Source: Acidimicrobiales bacterium
GTDB taxonomy: Bacteria > Actinomycetota > Acidimicrobiia > Acidimicrobiales > QHCF01
Assembly: GCA_039583615.1 (NCBI GenBank)
Contig: JAVKSQ010000005.1
Span: forward strand, 1,004-65,003
Direction of reading: 5' to 3'
DNA length: 64,000 nucleotides
Shown: piece after piece, positions 62,980 to 64,000 of the stretch
Layout of the letters: each line of letters opens with the position of its first letter
Position numbering within the stretch: position 1 is the stretch's first letter
Notes under the pieces: model-generated
What the model was told of the DNA's origin: nothing
The model's database searches: none
Seen by the model: the letters and a program-made list of their open reading frames with translations, nothing else
Position numbers and translations under genes: made by a program

Positions 62980-64000
62980 TCACCCGGCCAGCTCCACCAG
63001 GCGGCACAGGCCGTTGGCCAGGCGCAGTTGCTCCACCGAGCGGCAGTGCACCGCCAGCAGCCGGGGGCTGCCCACCACCACGGCCAACGCCTGGGCCCGG
63101 GAGACGGCCACGTTGAGCCGGTTGGTGCTGTAGAGGAATTCCATCCCCCGGGGGACGTCCTCGGCGCTGGACGCGGTGAGCGACACCAGCACCACGGCGG
63201 CCTGCTGGCCCTGGAACTTGTCCACGGTGCCGACCCTGGCGGCAGCTGGCAGGCGCTCGGCCAGCCGGGCCACCTGGGCGTTGTAGGGGGCCACCACCAG
63301 GATGTCGGTGGGTCCCAACCGAGCCACCTTCCCCTCCTGGTCGGTCCACGACCGGCCCAGCAGGGCGTCGTAGCGTTCGCCTACTGCCGCCGCCTCCTCG
63401 GCCGAGCTGGTCCGATTGCCGGTATGGAGCACAGGGACCCAACGCAGACCTGATCCACCGAGCAGCGGCCCGTCGGCGACTACCTGGCGCCGGCATTGCG
63501 CCAGCGTGTGCAGGCGGCCGTCGTAGACCACCTCGGATACGAATGCGCAGATGTCCGGGTGAAGGCGACGGGTGACGTCCAGGAACAGTCCTCGGTCTGG
63601 GGGAATGGTCGCCGCCCCGGCCAGGAGGTGATCGAGAGCCGACACGCCGACCCCAGGCGGGTGGGTCCCCCTGGATGGCTGGGCCAGCTGGCGGGGATCT
63701 CCGACCAGCACCAGGTTGGCAGCCGATGTGCCTGCTGCCGCGGCATTGGCCAGCGAGATCTGACCCGCCTCGTCCACCACCAGGACGTCCAGAGCCTGGT
63801 CCATGCCCGGGCGGGCGAAGAGCCAGGCCGTCCCGGCCACCACGTCCACCTCCCCGCTGGCCACGGCTGCCTCCACCGCCTGGTTGCTCCCGGTCCACTC
63901 CAGCTCGGGATCGGCGCACCGGCGGCCGTCGTCCGCCTTCTGCAGGGCCCTCAGCTTGACACCCTCCTCTCGGGCGCAGGCCATGACCCGCTCCACCAAG
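62980..64000 (-). CDS. Superfamily-1 helicase C-terminal region (Upf1/DNA2-like, AAA_11/AAA_12 type), partial (5' end outside window)
   Basis: Strings VLVVDEAGQISL, LVLVGDPRQL, VGTVDKFQGQQAAVVLVSL and NRLNVAVSRAQ support the call. Confidence 0.8.
   Translation of the reverse strand, partial: LVERVMACAREEGVKLRALQKADDGRRCADPELEWTGSNQAVEAAVASGEVDVVAGTAWLFARPGMDQALDVLVVDEAGQISLANAAAAGTSAANLVLVGDPRQLAQPSRGTHPPGVGVSALDHLLAGAATIPPDRGLFLDVTRRLHPDICAFVSEVVYDGRLHTLAQCRRQVVADGPLLGGSGLRWVPVLHTGNRTSSAEEAAAVGERYDALLGRSWTDQEGKVARLGPTDILVVAPYNAQVARLAERLPAAARVGTVDKFQGQQAAVVLVSLTASSAEDVPRGMEFLYSTNRLNVAVSRAQALAVVVGSPRLLAVHCRSVEQLRLANGLCRLVELAG

Overview
This is a 64-kb high-GC chromosomal window with Actinomycetota-like synteny (phoH-ybeY-corC-era, uppS-recO, glyQS, dnaG-rpoD). 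Taxon is inferred from gene order only. From left to right it contains the following.

(1) 1-4353: the right-hand part of an integrated element. It carries a winged-helix gene, two tandem paralogous PPYG-motif methylase genes that both show frame disruptions, small coupled ORFs, and a large serine recombinase whose ORF runs into the 3' half of tRNA-Ala(CGC).

(2) Core genes: moaC-moaA-moeA, an FmdB-type zinc ribbon, mtnP, pmbA/tldD and a coiled-coil protein.

(3) 14.3-38.6 kb: a roughly 24-kb Wzx/Wzy-type glycan locus. It has a priming phosphotransferase, flippase, Wzy/WaaL-like protein, 6 glycosyltransferases, 9 predicted methyltransferases, an acetyltransferase, an AsnB-like amidotransferase and split heptose-activation genes.

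(4) A core block: phoH, ybeY, corC, era, a small two-ORF insertion, dinG, uppS, recO, a STAS protein, glyQS, ppdK, dnaG, rpoD.

(5) tRNA-Asn and tRNA-Met, followed by a decayed island (12-bp direct repeats and a frameshifted, truncated integrase).

The island's lower-GC core (about 55.6-60.2 kb) is the most interesting part of the window. It is a tightly packed, co-directional cassette. Three small upstream ORFs come first: two peptides of about 80 aa that both end in Asp after a Gly-Gly motif, and a 12-Cys protein. They are followed by a DUF692/MNIO-type enzyme, a large fusion protein (MNIO-partner-like N-terminus, PqqD-like recognition element, O-methyltransferase) and a 2OG-Fe(II) oxygenase. 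I interpret this as a candidate uncharacterised RiPP-type peptide-modification pathway.

A second recurring oddity is perfect or near-perfect in-frame tandem repeats (periods 15, 30 and 36 bp) inside five unrelated genes. Many very long ORFs in the supplied track are antisense or out-of-frame high-GC artefacts and were rejected.
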